NCBI GenBank assembly: GCA_002861595.1
Contig: PJQG01000076.1
Coordinates: 28,276 to 70,623, forward strand
Direction: 5' to 3'
From: Actinomycetota bacterium
Lineage (GTDB): Bacteria; Actinomycetota; Acidimicrobiia; Acidimicrobiales; GCA-2861595
Length of the DNA stretch: 42,348 bases
Below the pieces are notes generated by a model that searched no databases, was not told where the DNA came from, and saw nothing but the letters and a program-made list of their open reading frames with translations. Position numbers and translations under genes: made by a program. Positions 9,784 through 20,980 of this stretch are shown one piece after another (the first letter of the stretch is position 1; each line of letters starts with the position of its first letter).

Positions 9784-10959
9784 TCAGGCAGCCGCGAACG
9801 CCGGCACCCGAACACCGGGTGGATGCGTCGTGAAGGTGCGGCCTTGGGGATCGGTGATGACCAGCGTGCCGTCGGGCTCCAGCTTCTCCGACCACCCCGG
9901 TCTATGGCCGAGATGGTGGTGGCGGGAGCACTTGAGGACGAGGTTGGCGAGGTTGGTCGGCCCGTCGGCCTCCACCGGGATGACGTGGTGGCCTTCGCAC
10001 CACCATGGCGGGCGATCACAGCCGGGGTGGCGGCAGTGCTGGTCTCGCAGCACCAGGGCGGCGAAGAGGGCGTCGGAGATGGTGCGGGTGGCGGTGCCGT
10101 AGTCCAGGATCACCGAGCGGCCCTGGGTCACGACGCGATGGACCTTGGCGTCGCACAACAGCGCAGCGACGGTTTCGGAGGGCACGGGCCCGCCGTGGGC
10201 CATGCGACCGGGCATGGCTTCCAGCAGGTCCTCGTAGTCGACCACCACGTTGAGATGGGGCCGGGCCCGGCCCACGGGCTGGGCGCCCTGGTGGTCCAAG
10301 AAGAACCGGCAGATGTCGGTGAGGGCATCGGCTCGCCGCTGCTTGGCACAGCGCTGCTCGCCCTCGGCGTCGGGGGAGGTGGCCAGGCGCAGGGCGGCTT
10401 CGAGCACTGCTCCAGCGAGCGAGTCATAGGAGCCGTCGAGGCGGCGGCGGTCGTCCAGCAGCTTGGACAGGTGCAGCTCCGAGGCCGCCGGGGTGGGATC
10501 CGGGGGATCGGCCAAGGCCTTCGCTCGCGCCGCCCAGGCCTGCATGGCCGAGGCGGCATCGGCCACCGACAGCTCCACCAGCGCCGGCACCACCTCGGCC
10601 TCGTGCTCGGCGAACAGCTCGGCAGCCTCGTCCTTCACGTTGGCCACCACCACCTGCACCTGGCCGCTCGACAACGAGCCGTCCCGCCACGCCGCGGCGG
10701 TGACGGGGAGCTCCCGCAGGCGCCGGGCCGTGCGCGACATCGAGGATGCCGATGCAGCGCTCATGCGGGCCCGGTGGCGCAGCCAGGCGGTGAGGCAGGT
10801 GGCGCCATCGACGGCCCACATCCCCGCCTTGTCGAACGCAGCGACGCTCTCGGTGATCTTGGCCGCCAGGCGCTCCATGGCCGCGATGGCCTCGACGATG
10901 TCCTCGCCGAAGGGGCCGATCTCCACCTCCTCGATGGCTGCCGCCAGCGCTGAAACCAT
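9784..10959 (-). CDS. DUF222/HNH endonuclease (13E12 repeat-family-like)
   Basis: QRRADAL, LLCDA, RDQHCRHPGC...HH...GPTNLANLVLKCSRHH; start placed from the promoter. Confidence 0.9.
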   Translation of the reverse strand: MVSALAAAIEEVEIGPFGEDIVEAIAAMERLAAKITESVAAFDKAGMWAVDGATCLTAWLRHRARMSAASASSMSRTARRLRELPVTAAAWRDGSLSSGQVQVVVANVKDEAAELFAEHEAEVVPALVELSVADAASAMQAWAARAKALADPPDPTPAASELHLSKLLDDRRRLDGSYDSLAGAVLEAALRLATSPDAEGEQRCAKQRRADALTDICRFFLDHQGAQPVGRARPHLNVVVDYEDLLEAMPGRMAHGGPVPSETVAALLCDAKVHRVVTQGRSVILDYGTATRTISDALFAALVLRDQHCRHPGCDRPPWWCEGHHVIPVEADGPTNLANLVLKCSRHHHLGHRPGWSEKLEPDGTLVITDPQGRTFTTHPPGVRVPAFAAA

Positions 10960-10965
10960 GTCATC

Positions 10966-10994
10966 ATCGTACATCTGTTCGATCACGACGTCAA
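10966..10994 (-). promoter_or_regulatory. Promoter TTGACG-17-TACGAT (leaderless, ATG 6 nt downstream) overlapped by a LexA SOS box TCGAAC-AGAT-GTACGA (10967-10982)
   Basis: One mismatch to the actinobacterial LexA consensus TCGAAC-N4-GTTCGA. Confidence 0.85.
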
Positions 10995-11025
10995 GCAGAA
11001 ACCCTTGAAAACAAAGGAGTTCTGC
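10995..11025. terminator. Imperfect hairpin between the 11040 gene and the HNH promoter
   Basis: GCAGAA...CCTTG-AAAA-CAAAGG...TTCTGC. Confidence 0.4.
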
Positions 11026-11039
11026 CCGTCTCCGGCGTG

Positions 11040-11909
11040 TCAGCGGTTGCGCACAGCCTGGAGCTGGCGGACCTCGAAGTCCTCGATCCGCCCCTCGGTG
11101 CTCAGCCCGTCGAGGCTGCCCTTGCGGCCGGCCAGCTCCCAGGTGGCCGTCCAGCGTTCGGTCACCACGACGTCGTAGTGGTCGGCGTTGCTCCACGAGT
11201 GGGTGATGGTGCCGTCGGGCCAAGGCTTGCCGGCGCTGCGGTACGGGCCTGACATCCCGGTGTCGTCGCCCCAGTCGACGAAGATCTGGCCCGTGGCGTT
11301 GATCACCAGCAGGCCGAGCGGTGTCTGGTGCTCGAAGCGCTCGGCCAGCTTGGTGTTGGTCTCCAGGTACCCGAGCTTGCCGGCCAGCATGTACCCAGGA
11401 GCGATCCTCGGCTTGGGCTTGTCCAGCCGGTCCTCGAGCTCGACCCGCCAGAAGTCGCCGGCGATCACCGCCGGCGACGGCGGCGGCGCCACCCGTGCGG
11501 CTCCCGGGCATGGCGGGTAGTTGGCGTACTGGTACTCCCAGAGAATGTTGCCGGTGTCTTCTATCGCTCCCGCCTGGGCGGCACTCTCCGCCGGGATGCG
11601 AGCGATCGTGAGGCACGGCGTCCCGTCTGGGAGCATGCCGATCCGCGGCCGCCTCGCATAGAAGACCTGCCCCTGATGTTTGGCTTTCCGGACCCGCTGC
11701 CCAGCGGTGGACTGCTGCGTGTCCCGAGAACTCCCCGGTGCTCCCCCGGTCACCGTCGTCTGCACTGAATCGCCGCCCTTGCCTCGCTGAACAGTATGGC
11801 GCTCTCCGGAAGACGACGCCTCGGTTGTTTCACTGCCAGCTGAGAACACAGGACTTGTGCCCGTGGTGAGCATGGTGACCACTGAAACGGCGACAATCAG
11901 GCGGCGCAT
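11040..11909 (-). CDS. Secreted protein with a C-terminal PKD/Ig-like domain
   Basis: Signal peptide; VDWGDD...GKPWPDGTITHSW...YDVVVTERWTATW. Confidence 0.7.
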   Translation of the reverse strand: MRRLIVAVSVVTMLTTGTSPVFSAGSETTEASSSGERHTVQRGKGGDSVQTTVTGGAPGSSRDTQQSTAGQRVRKAKHQGQVFYARRPRIGMLPDGTPCLTIARIPAESAAQAGAIEDTGNILWEYQYANYPPCPGAARVAPPPSPAVIAGDFWRVELEDRLDKPKPRIAPGYMLAGKLGYLETNTKLAERFEHQTPLGLLVINATGQIFVDWGDDTGMSGPYRSAGKPWPDGTITHSWSNADHYDVVVTERWTATWELAGRKGSLDGLSTEGRIEDFEVRQLQAVRNR

Positions 11910-12520
11910 GGATCCCTCGGTGTCGCGGCGACCGGCCGGTTCCCTTCATCGTGGATCATCCACGCTGTGGGGTTCAGATCTTTGGCGTTGCGCTCTGGGG
12001 CCAGGGGCACGAGTTGCACAAACGCACGGTTCGGTGGGGGGGCGTTGACAGCAGTGGCCGAGAAGTCCTGCTCGACCTCCGCGTATATGCAGTTCGGCGA
12101 AGAGGAGACGATCTTGGTGACGGTGGTCCTCCTGGCGCCTGGGTCAGATGAGACGTTCTTGAAGCCGTTCTTGATCGTCGTCAGCCAGACCTCGACCTGC
12201 TCGTCCAACTCCTCGGTGTTGTAGATGGCGAGAAGGTGCTCTGCGGCCGCGGGCACCAGCTGCTTTTTCTGGACGATGATCTTTGTCGCCTGAGCATCGA
12301 CTTCGTCGAGGGCCTTCAGGACCGCGTTGATGTAGGGCTCGTCGATCTTCTCGGGGATGGTGCTGACGTCGATCGGCGTGGTGGAGGTGGTGGTGGTGCC
12401 ACGGCGGTCGCCCGAGACCGGCGTCGGTTCCTCGGCAACCGGGGGGTCGCCGCCGCCGGAGCAGGCGCCGGCGACGAGCACGAGCGCTACCAGAGCAGCG
12501 GCGGCTGACCGGGAACCCAC
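11897..12520 (-). CDS. Hypothetical lipoprotein
   Basis: Lipobox AGAC, Thr-rich linker; overlaps the start of the next gene. Confidence 0.75.
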   Translation of the reverse strand: MGSRSAAAALVALVLVAGACSGGGDPPVAEEPTPVSGDRRGTTTTSTTPIDVSTIPEKIDEPYINAVLKALDEVDAQATKIIVQKKQLVPAAAEHLLAIYNTEELDEQVEVWLTTIKNGFKNVSSDPGARRTTVTKIVSSSPNCIYAEVEQDFSATAVNAPPPNRAFVQLVPLAPERNAKDLNPTAWMIHDEGNRPVAATPRDPCAA

Positions 12521-12543
12521 GCGTCACACACTAACGATGCTTT

Positions 12544-13293
12544 TCATCCCCGGTCAACCACAGCCGCGAAGGCCTCGGCCACGGCCTCGTGGCCGGCGGT
12601 GCTGGGGTGGAAGCCGTCGGCCCCGAACAGCGACGCCTCACGCCCAGCGGAGCGGACCGCCAGCCCGGCGGCGTGGAGGTCCACCACCTCGGCCCCCTCT
12701 GCGGCGGCCACCTCGGCGATCACCTTGTTGTAGGCGCCCACGCCGAGGCGCACGAGCTCGGGGCTGGGGACGAAGCCGGCGGGCAACGGGCACCGCGCGC
12801 CCGACGCCGGCCGCGGGTTCGGGAGGCAGGCCAGGTAGGCGGGCAGGCGGTCGAGCGGCGGCGTGTTGGCCACCAGCACGCGCGTGGCACCGCTCCGGCG
12901 CAAGCCGTGCACGAGCTTGGTCAACTGGCTCTCGTAGGTCGCCAGCGGGACCCGGGCGATGAGGTCGTTGACGTTGAGCCACACCGTGACCAACGTCGGC
13001 GAGAGGCGCACCGCCTCGGCCAGCTGCCGCTCGAGGGCGGTGGCCACCGTCGCCCCCGGGATGCCGAGGTTGACGAACTTGGCGCCGTCCGGGAGGGCGC
13101 GGCGGCGGAGCACCTCCGGCCATGCCTGGGTGGCGGGCGCGTCGGCGCCGAAGCCGACCGTCTCGCTGGCCCCGACGGCGACGTAGACGACGGCCTCGGC
13201 GTGGGGGCCCGCAGCCGTCTTCGATCCCGATGAACAGCCACCGAGCCCGAGGGCGCCCATCAGAGCCGCCGCCGCCGCCCGCCGTACCCTCAT
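12544..13293 (-). CDS. SGNH/GDSL hydrolase lipoprotein
   Basis: YVAVGAS block I, NLGIPG, LNVND, DGFHP; lipobox LGGC; TACGAT-6 nt-ATG. Confidence 0.9.
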   Translation of the reverse strand: MRVRRAAAAALMGALGLGGCSSGSKTAAGPHAEAVVYVAVGASETVGFGADAPATQAWPEVLRRRALPDGAKFVNLGIPGATVATALERQLAEAVRLSPTLVTVWLNVNDLIARVPLATYESQLTKLVHGLRRSGATRVLVANTPPLDRLPAYLACLPNPRPASGARCPLPAGFVPSPELVRLGVGAYNKVIAEVAAAEGAEVVDLHAAGLAVRSAGREASLFGADGFHPSTAGHEAVAEAFAAVVDRG

Positions 13294-13315
13294 GACACGA
13301 TCGTACGGACCGCGG

Positions 13316-13344
13316 TTGCCGGACTCGTACGCGAGTGCCACAAT
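13316..13344 (+). promoter_or_regulatory. ilvBNC promoter TTGCCG-17-CACAAT
   Basis: Hexamer spacing; lies 8 nt before the leader ATG. Confidence 0.6.
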
Positions 13345-13352
13345 GGCAGCCG

Positions 13353-13388
13353 ATGTCCGCCCCTCGCACCCTCGTACTCATCACCTAG
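13353..13388 (+). CDS. ilvB operon leader peptide MSAPRTLVLIT
   Basis: Run of Leu-Val-Leu-Ile control codons, followed by a hairpin and a terminator. Confidence 0.85.
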   Translation: MSAPRTLVLIT

Positions 13389-13413
13389 CGCACGCAGCCT
13401 CCCGCGTGCGCCC

Positions 13414-13446
13414 ACGACCTCCCAGCCGGGAGGTCGTTTCCTTTTC
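13414..13446 (+). terminator. ilvB attenuator terminator (preceded by hairpin 13388-13411)
   Basis: ACGACCTCCC-AGCC-GGGAGGTCGT then TTCCTTTT. Confidence 0.88.
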
Positions 13447-13467
13447 TGAACCAAGGAGCAATCAACC

Positions 13468-15198
13468 ATGAAGCTGACCGGGGCGCAGGCCCTCATCAAG
13501 AGCCTGGAGATGGAGGGCGTGGAGGTCATGTTCGGCCTGCCCGGCGGCGCCATCCTCCCGGTGTACGACCCGATCATCGACTCGACCATCCGCCACATCC
13601 TCGTGCGTCACGAGCAGGGGGCGGGGCACATGGCCGAGGGCTACGCCCACGTCACCGGCCGCCCCGGCGTGGCCATGGTCACCAGCGGGCCCGCCGCCAC
13701 CAACATCGTCACCCCGCTGTGCGACGCCTACCTGGACTCCATCCCCATGGTCGTCATCACCGGCCAGGTCGGCCTGGCCGCCATCGGCACCGACGCCTTC
13801 CAGGAGTGCGACACCACCGGGATCACCATGTCGGTCACCAAGCACAACTGGCTGGTCACGGATGCCGCCGACATCCCCCAGATCGTGCGGGAGGCCTTCC
13901 ACGTGGCCACCAGCGGCCGCCCCGGACCGGTGCTGATCGACATCCCCAAGGACGTCAGCGCCAGCCAGACGATGGACTGGTACTGGCCCGACTCGGTGGA
14001 CCTGCCCGGCTACAAGCCCGCCACCATCGGCGAGCCGCACCTCATCAAGGAGGCGGCCCGCATGATCGGCGAGAGCCGTCGTCCGGTCATCTACGCCGGC
14101 GGGGGGATCCTCAAGGCCCGGGCCGCAGAGGCGCTGAAACAGCTGGTCGACGTCACCGGCATCCCCGTCGTCACCACCCTCATGGCCCGCGGCGCCTTCC
14201 CCGACGACCACGACCTGTGCCTGGGCATGCCCGGCATGCACGGCAACTACACGGCCGTCACCGCCATGCAGAGGTCCGACCTGCTCATCGCCCTCGGCAG
14301 CCGCTTCGACGACCGCGTGACCGGCAAGGTGCCGGCCTTCGCCCCGGAGGCCAAGATCATCCACGTCGACATCGACCCCGCCGAGCTCGGCAAGGTGCGA
14401 CGCGCCGACGTGGGCATCGCCGGCGACTGCCGTCTGGTGATCGAGGAGCTGGTCAAGGCCATCAACGCCATGGGCGGCTCCGAGAGCCAGGCTGACCGGA
14501 AGGATTGGATCGCCCAGGTGCACGCGTGGCAGGAGCAGTTCCCGCTGCACTACGACCAGTCGTGGGACGAGGGTGGCAGCCTCAAGCCCCAGTTCGTCAT
14601 CGAGCAGCTGCGGGACGCCACCCCCGACGACGCCATCGTGTGCTCGGGTGTCGGCCAGCACCAGATGTGGGCGTCGCAGTACTGGAAGTTCAACCACCCC
14701 TACACCTGGGTCAACTCCGGGGGCCTGGGCACCATGGGCTTCGCCGTCCCCGCTGCCATCGGGGCCAAGGTGGGTCGGCCCGACCGCATGGTGTGGGCCG
14801 TCGACGGCGACGGCTGCTTCCAGATGACGGCCCAGGAGCTCGTCACCGCCTCGAGCGAGCGCATCCCCGTGAAGATCGCCATCCTCAACAACGCCTATCT
14901 GGGCATGGTGCGCCAGTGGCAGGAGCTGTTCTACGAGGAGCGCTACTCGGAGGTGTACCTGTCGCCGGACCTGCCGGACTACGTGAAGTGGGCGGAAGCC
15001 ATGGGTTGCGTGGGGCTCAAGGTGGAGCACCCCGAGGAGGTGCTGCCCGCCATCGAGAAGGCCAACGAGATCGACGACCGGCCCGTCGTCATCGACTTTC
15101 GCACCGACAGCTCCGAGAAGGTGTACCCCATGGTGGCGGCCGGGACGTCCAACGACCTGGTCATCCTCGACCCCTCGCAAGGGGAGGGCGGGCGCTGA
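13468..15198 (+). CDS. ilvB: Acetolactate synthase large subunit
   Basis: [32 protein letters not shown] ThDP motif. Confidence 0.98.
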   Translation: MKLTGAQALIKSLEMEGVEVMFGLPGGAILPVYDPIIDSTIRHILVRHEQGAGHMAEGYAHVTGRPGVAMVTSGPAATNIVTPLCDAYLDSIPMVVITGQVGLAAIGTDAFQECDTTGITMSVTKHNWLVTDAADIPQIVREAFHVATSGRPGPVLIDIPKDVSASQTMDWYWPDSVDLPGYKPATIGEPHLIKEAARMIGESRRPVIYAGGGILKARAAEALKQLVDVTGIPVVTTLMARGAFPDDHDLCLGMPGMHGNYTAVTAMQRSDLLIALGSRFDDRVTGKVPAFAPEAKIIHVDIDPAELGKVRRADVGIAGDCRLVIEELVKAINAMGGSESQADRKDWIAQVHAWQEQFPLHYDQSWDEGGSLKPQFVIEQLRDATPDDAIVCSGVGQHQMWASQYWKFNHPYTWVNSGGLGTMGFAVPAAIGAKVGRPDRMVWAVDGDGCFQMTAQELVTASSERIPVKIAILNNAYLGMVRQWQELFYEERYSEVYLSPDLPDYVKWAEAMGCVGLKVEHPEEVLPAIEKANEIDDRPVVIDFRTDSSEKVYPMVAAGTSNDLVILDPSQGEGGR

Positions 15199-15743
15199 TG
15201 TCACCCGCGGCCACCGCTCTCAAGCACCACACGCTGTCGGTCCTGGTCGAGAACAAGGCCGGCGTCCTCACCCGGGTCGCCTCGCTGTTCGCCCGTCGCG
15301 GCTTCAACATCTACTCGCTGGCCGTGGCCCCCACCGACGACGAACGCTTCTCCCGCATCACCATCGTGGTCGATGTGGAGTCCAAGCCCCTCGAGCAGAT
15401 CACCAAGCAGCTGAACAAGCTCGTCAACGTGGTGGAGATCAACGAGCTGGCACCCGACGAGTCGGTCGAGCGTGAGCTCGTGCTCCTGAGCGTGCGGGCC
15501 GACGCCGGGGGAAGCCGCGGCCAGGTCATCGAGCTCGTGCAGGTGTTCGAGGGCAAGATCGTGGATGTGGGGCCGGAGAAGCTGACCATCATGCTGGCCG
15601 GCACGCCGCAGAAGGTCGACGACTTCGAGGAACTCATGAGGCCGTATGGCATCGTGGAGGTGCAGCGCACCGGCCGGGTGGCGCTGCCCAAGTTGGAGCG
15701 CCAGGCACCGCGCCTGCGCAGCGTGAGCGGAAAGGTCGGATAA
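15198..15743 (+). CDS. ilvN: Acetolactate synthase small (regulatory) subunit
   Basis: LSVLVENKAGVL...RRGFNI, KQLNKL, RTG; TGATG coupling. Confidence 0.97.
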   Translation: MSPAATALKHHTLSVLVENKAGVLTRVASLFARRGFNIYSLAVAPTDDERFSRITIVVDVESKPLEQITKQLNKLVNVVEINELAPDESVERELVLLSVRADAGGSRGQVIELVQVFEGKIVDVGPEKLTIMLAGTPQKVDDFEELMRPYGIVEVQRTGRVALPKLERQAPRLRSVSGKVG

Positions 15744-15746
15744 CTG

Positions 15747-16775
15747 ATGGTCGCCAAGATCTCCTACGAGAACGACGCCGATGCCGGGCTGATCGCCGGC
15801 CGCAAGGTCGCCGTCATCGGGTACGGCTCGCAGGGCCACGCCCACGCCCTCAACCTGAAGGACTCGGGCATCGACGTGCGGGTCGGCCTGCGCGAGGGCT
15901 CCTCCTCGAGGGCCAAGGCCGAAGCCGCCGGGCTGGCCGTCCGCTCGGTCGCCCAGGCCAGCGCCGAGGCCGACCTCGTCATGATCCTGCTCCCCGACAC
16001 CGAGCAGCAGGCGGTGTACGACGAGTCCATCGCCCCGAACCTCTCCGACGGGGACGCCCTGTTCTTCGCCCATGGGTTCAACATCCGCTTCGGCCTCATC
16101 ACCCCGCCTCCAGGCGTGGACGCCGCCATGGTGGCCCCGAAGGGCCCCGGGCACCTCGTGCGCCGCACCTTCACCGAGGGCGGCGGCGTGCCGTCGCTCA
16201 TCGCCGTGGCCCAGGACGCCTCGGGCAAGGCCCGGGACCTGGCGCTGTCGTACGCCCATGCCATCGGCGCCACCCGGGCCGGCGTGCTCGAGACCACCTT
16301 CGAGGAGGAGACCGAGACCGACCTGTTCGGCGAACAGGTCGTGCTGTGTGGCGGCGTCACCGCGCTGGTGATGGCCGGCTACGAGACGCTCGTCGGCGCC
16401 GGCTACCAGCCCGAGTCCGCCTACTTCGAGTGCCTGCACGAGCTCAAGCTCATCGTCGACCTCATGTACGAGAACGGCATCGCCGGCATGCGCTTCTCCA
16501 TCTCCGACACCGCCGAGTACGGCGATCTCACCCGGGGCCCGCGCATCATCAACGACGCCGTCAAGGCCGAGATGGGCCGCATCCTCGAGGAGATCCGCTC
16601 GGGCAGGTTCGCCGAGGAGTGGATCGCCGAGAACCGCGCCGGGCGGGCCCGCTTCGAGGAGCTGCGGGCCGCCGGCAAGGAGCACCCCATCGAGAAGGTG
16701 GGCGCCGAGCTGCGGGCCATGATGCCGTTCATCTCCGCCGGCAAGGGCCGTCCCGAGGACGTCAGCGGCGGCTAG
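15747..16775 (+). CDS. ilvC: Ketol-acid reductoisomerase
   Basis: [36 protein letters not shown]. Confidence 0.98.
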   Translation: MVAKISYENDADAGLIAGRKVAVIGYGSQGHAHALNLKDSGIDVRVGLREGSSSRAKAEAAGLAVRSVAQASAEADLVMILLPDTEQQAVYDESIAPNLSDGDALFFAHGFNIRFGLITPPPGVDAAMVAPKGPGHLVRRTFTEGGGVPSLIAVAQDASGKARDLALSYAHAIGATRAGVLETTFEEETETDLFGEQVVLCGGVTALVMAGYETLVGAGYQPESAYFECLHELKLIVDLMYENGIAGMRFSISDTAEYGDLTRGPRIINDAVKAEMGRILEEIRSGRFAEEWIAENRAGRARFEELRAAGKEHPIEKVGAELRAMMPFISAGKGRPEDVSGG

Positions 16776-16792
16776 CCCCACGCCCCGACGCC

Positions 16793-16849
16793 CCCGCCGT
16801 TGCAGTACATAGCGGGCCTTTTCAGCCCCCTATGTACTCCCAAGGCGGG
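16793..16849. repeat. REP-like palindrome, copy 1 (AGTACATAG...CTATGTACT core)
   Basis: Imperfect hairpin; aligns with the reverse complement of 37384-37432. Confidence 0.85.
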
Positions 16850-16878
16850 TGTCACACCCCGGTGCTGGACCAACGGGC

Positions 16879-17727
16879 ATGCTCGATCAGCACATCGCCG
16901 AGCTCGCAAGCCGGCAGTACGGCTTGATCTCCCGCCCGCAGGTTCTCGCCCTCGGTGGGACCGACGACTTCATCAAGCAGCGGTTGGGTGCGCCACGCTG
17001 GGAGAAGGCGGCCCCCGGTGTCTACGCGCTACCGGGCTTGCCCAGGTCCTGGCGCCGCTCGCTGTGGCTTGCCCATCTCGATATCGGGCCGGCCTCGGTG
17101 GTCTCGCACGAAGCGGCAGCGGCCCTCCACGGATTGCTCCTGTTCCCGCCCGGACCGGTGACCCTCACCGTCGCGCACGGCGATCACGAGCGATGGAGCC
17201 GGCTCCGGCGGGTGCACCAGTCGACCGACCTCCGGCCGGCGCATGTCACAAGGGCTGACGGCCTTCCGGTGACGACGGTGGCCCGCACACTCTTCGATCT
17301 GTCGGCGGTAGCCCACCAGGAGCGCCTCGGACGATCGATCGATGATGCTCACGTCAGGCGCATCTGCCGCGTCGAGGAAGTTCGTTCGCTCTATGACCAG
17401 CTTCGCCGGCCCAGGAAGCCCGGCATGCGGCAACTCGGCCAACTCCTCGTGCCTCGCGGACCGGGTTACGTTCCGCCGGAGAGCTTGCTCGAATGCCGGC
17501 TGCTCGAGGTGTTGGCCGACGGGGCGCTGCCTGCGCCTGTCAGGCAGTACGTCCTGCCCTGGCGCGAGAAGGCCAAGGAGCGAGTGGATCTTGCGTTTCC
17601 TGACCACAGGATCATCGTGGAGGGTGACGGCCGGCGATGGCACAGCCGGATGGACCAGATGGCCACCGATCGTCGGCGCGACCGCGAGGCGCTGAACCAG
17701 GGCTGGCGGCCGTACCGCTTCGTGTGG
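16879..17727 (+). CDS. AbiEi-like N-terminal wHTH + DUF559/Vsr-like endonuclease protein; 3' end apparently damaged (no own stop; the frame continues to 19167)
   Basis: LASRQYGLISR, VSHEAAAALHGL, TTVARTLFDL, ESLLE, VDLAFP..IIVEGDG..WH, DRRRD, GWRPYRF; the end given is where family resemblance stops. Confidence 0.75.
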
Positions 17728-17808
17728 CTCCTCGCCGGGGCGACGGCCAGGCCGGCCGGCGAGGCCGGCCGGATGACCAGGGAGCTTCGGCGGGCGATGC
17801 CGAAGAAG

Positions 17809-20185
<2,377 letters not shown>

Positions 20186-20212
20186 GCCGGCAGGGCTGGC
20201 TACCCTGCGGAG

Positions 20213-20980
20213 GTGGCGAAGAAGGCAAAGCCGAAGAAGCGCACGCCGGGCAAGCGGCCCCAGCCGGCGAAGCGGCCCATCGCCGCCGGCCCCGCCGGCT
20301 CGTCGGCCCCCGCCGGCCGCCCCGCCGGCTCAGCCACCCCCGCCGGCCGCCCCTCGGGCTCGCCTTCGGGTGCGGCCAAGGCCACCCGCGCTGACCGCAT
20401 CGAGGCGGCCAGGCGGGCCCGTCGCCGCAAGAAGCTCCAGCTCCGCATCGCCATCGGGGCCGCCGCCGCGCTGGTGATCGGCGCCATCGCCGTCAACAGC
20501 CTCTCCAACAGGAGCGAGACCAACGCCTTCCGGGAGAAGCTGACGGCCGGCTCGTGCACCTTCGACACCCGCGACGACTCCGTCAGCGCGCCTCCGAACA
20601 ACCACGTGGCCCCGTCGTCCTACGAGGTCAACCCGCCGGCGGGCGGCAACCACGACCCGAGCCCGGCGCCGGCGGGCAACTACGAGCAGGCCACCGTCCC
20701 GCCCGATGCCAGGGTCGTGCACTCTCTCGAGCATGGCTACGTGGCCATCTGGCACCGGCCCGGGCTCCCGAAGGAGGACATGGACCTCATCACCAACGTG
20801 TTCGGCCGCTACGAGAACGACGTGCTGGTCCTTCCCCGTGCCTCGCTGCCAGCCGACACCAAGGTGGCGGCCACGGCCTGGGGCGAGCGCCTGTTGTGCC
20901 GGAACGTGGAGCAGGGCCCCCTCACCGAGTTCGTGAAGAAGTACCGCAACGAGGGCCCCGAGAAGATCCCCCACACCTGA
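20213..20980 (+). CDS. DUF3105-family membrane-anchored protein
   Basis: PPAGGNH, VHSLEHG, ATAWG, GPE; one TM helix; TACCCT-6 nt-GTG. Confidence 0.85.
   Translation: MAKKAKPKKRTPGKRPQPAKRPIAAGPAGSSAPAGRPAGSATPAGRPSGSPSGAAKATRADRIEAARRARRRKKLQLRIAIGAAAALVIGAIAVNSLSNRSETNAFREKLTAGSCTFDTRDDSVSAPPNNHVAPSSYEVNPPAGGNHDPSPAPAGNYEQATVPPDARVVHSLEHGYVAIWHRPGLPKEDMDLITNVFGRYENDVLVLPRASLPADTKVAATAWGERLLCRNVEQGPLTEFVKKYRNEGPEKIPHT

Noticed and set aside
20281-20370. Imperfect ~30-bp PAG repeats in the DUF3105 N-terminus
   Set aside because: Ordinary low-complexity linker, unrelated to the dispersed element.
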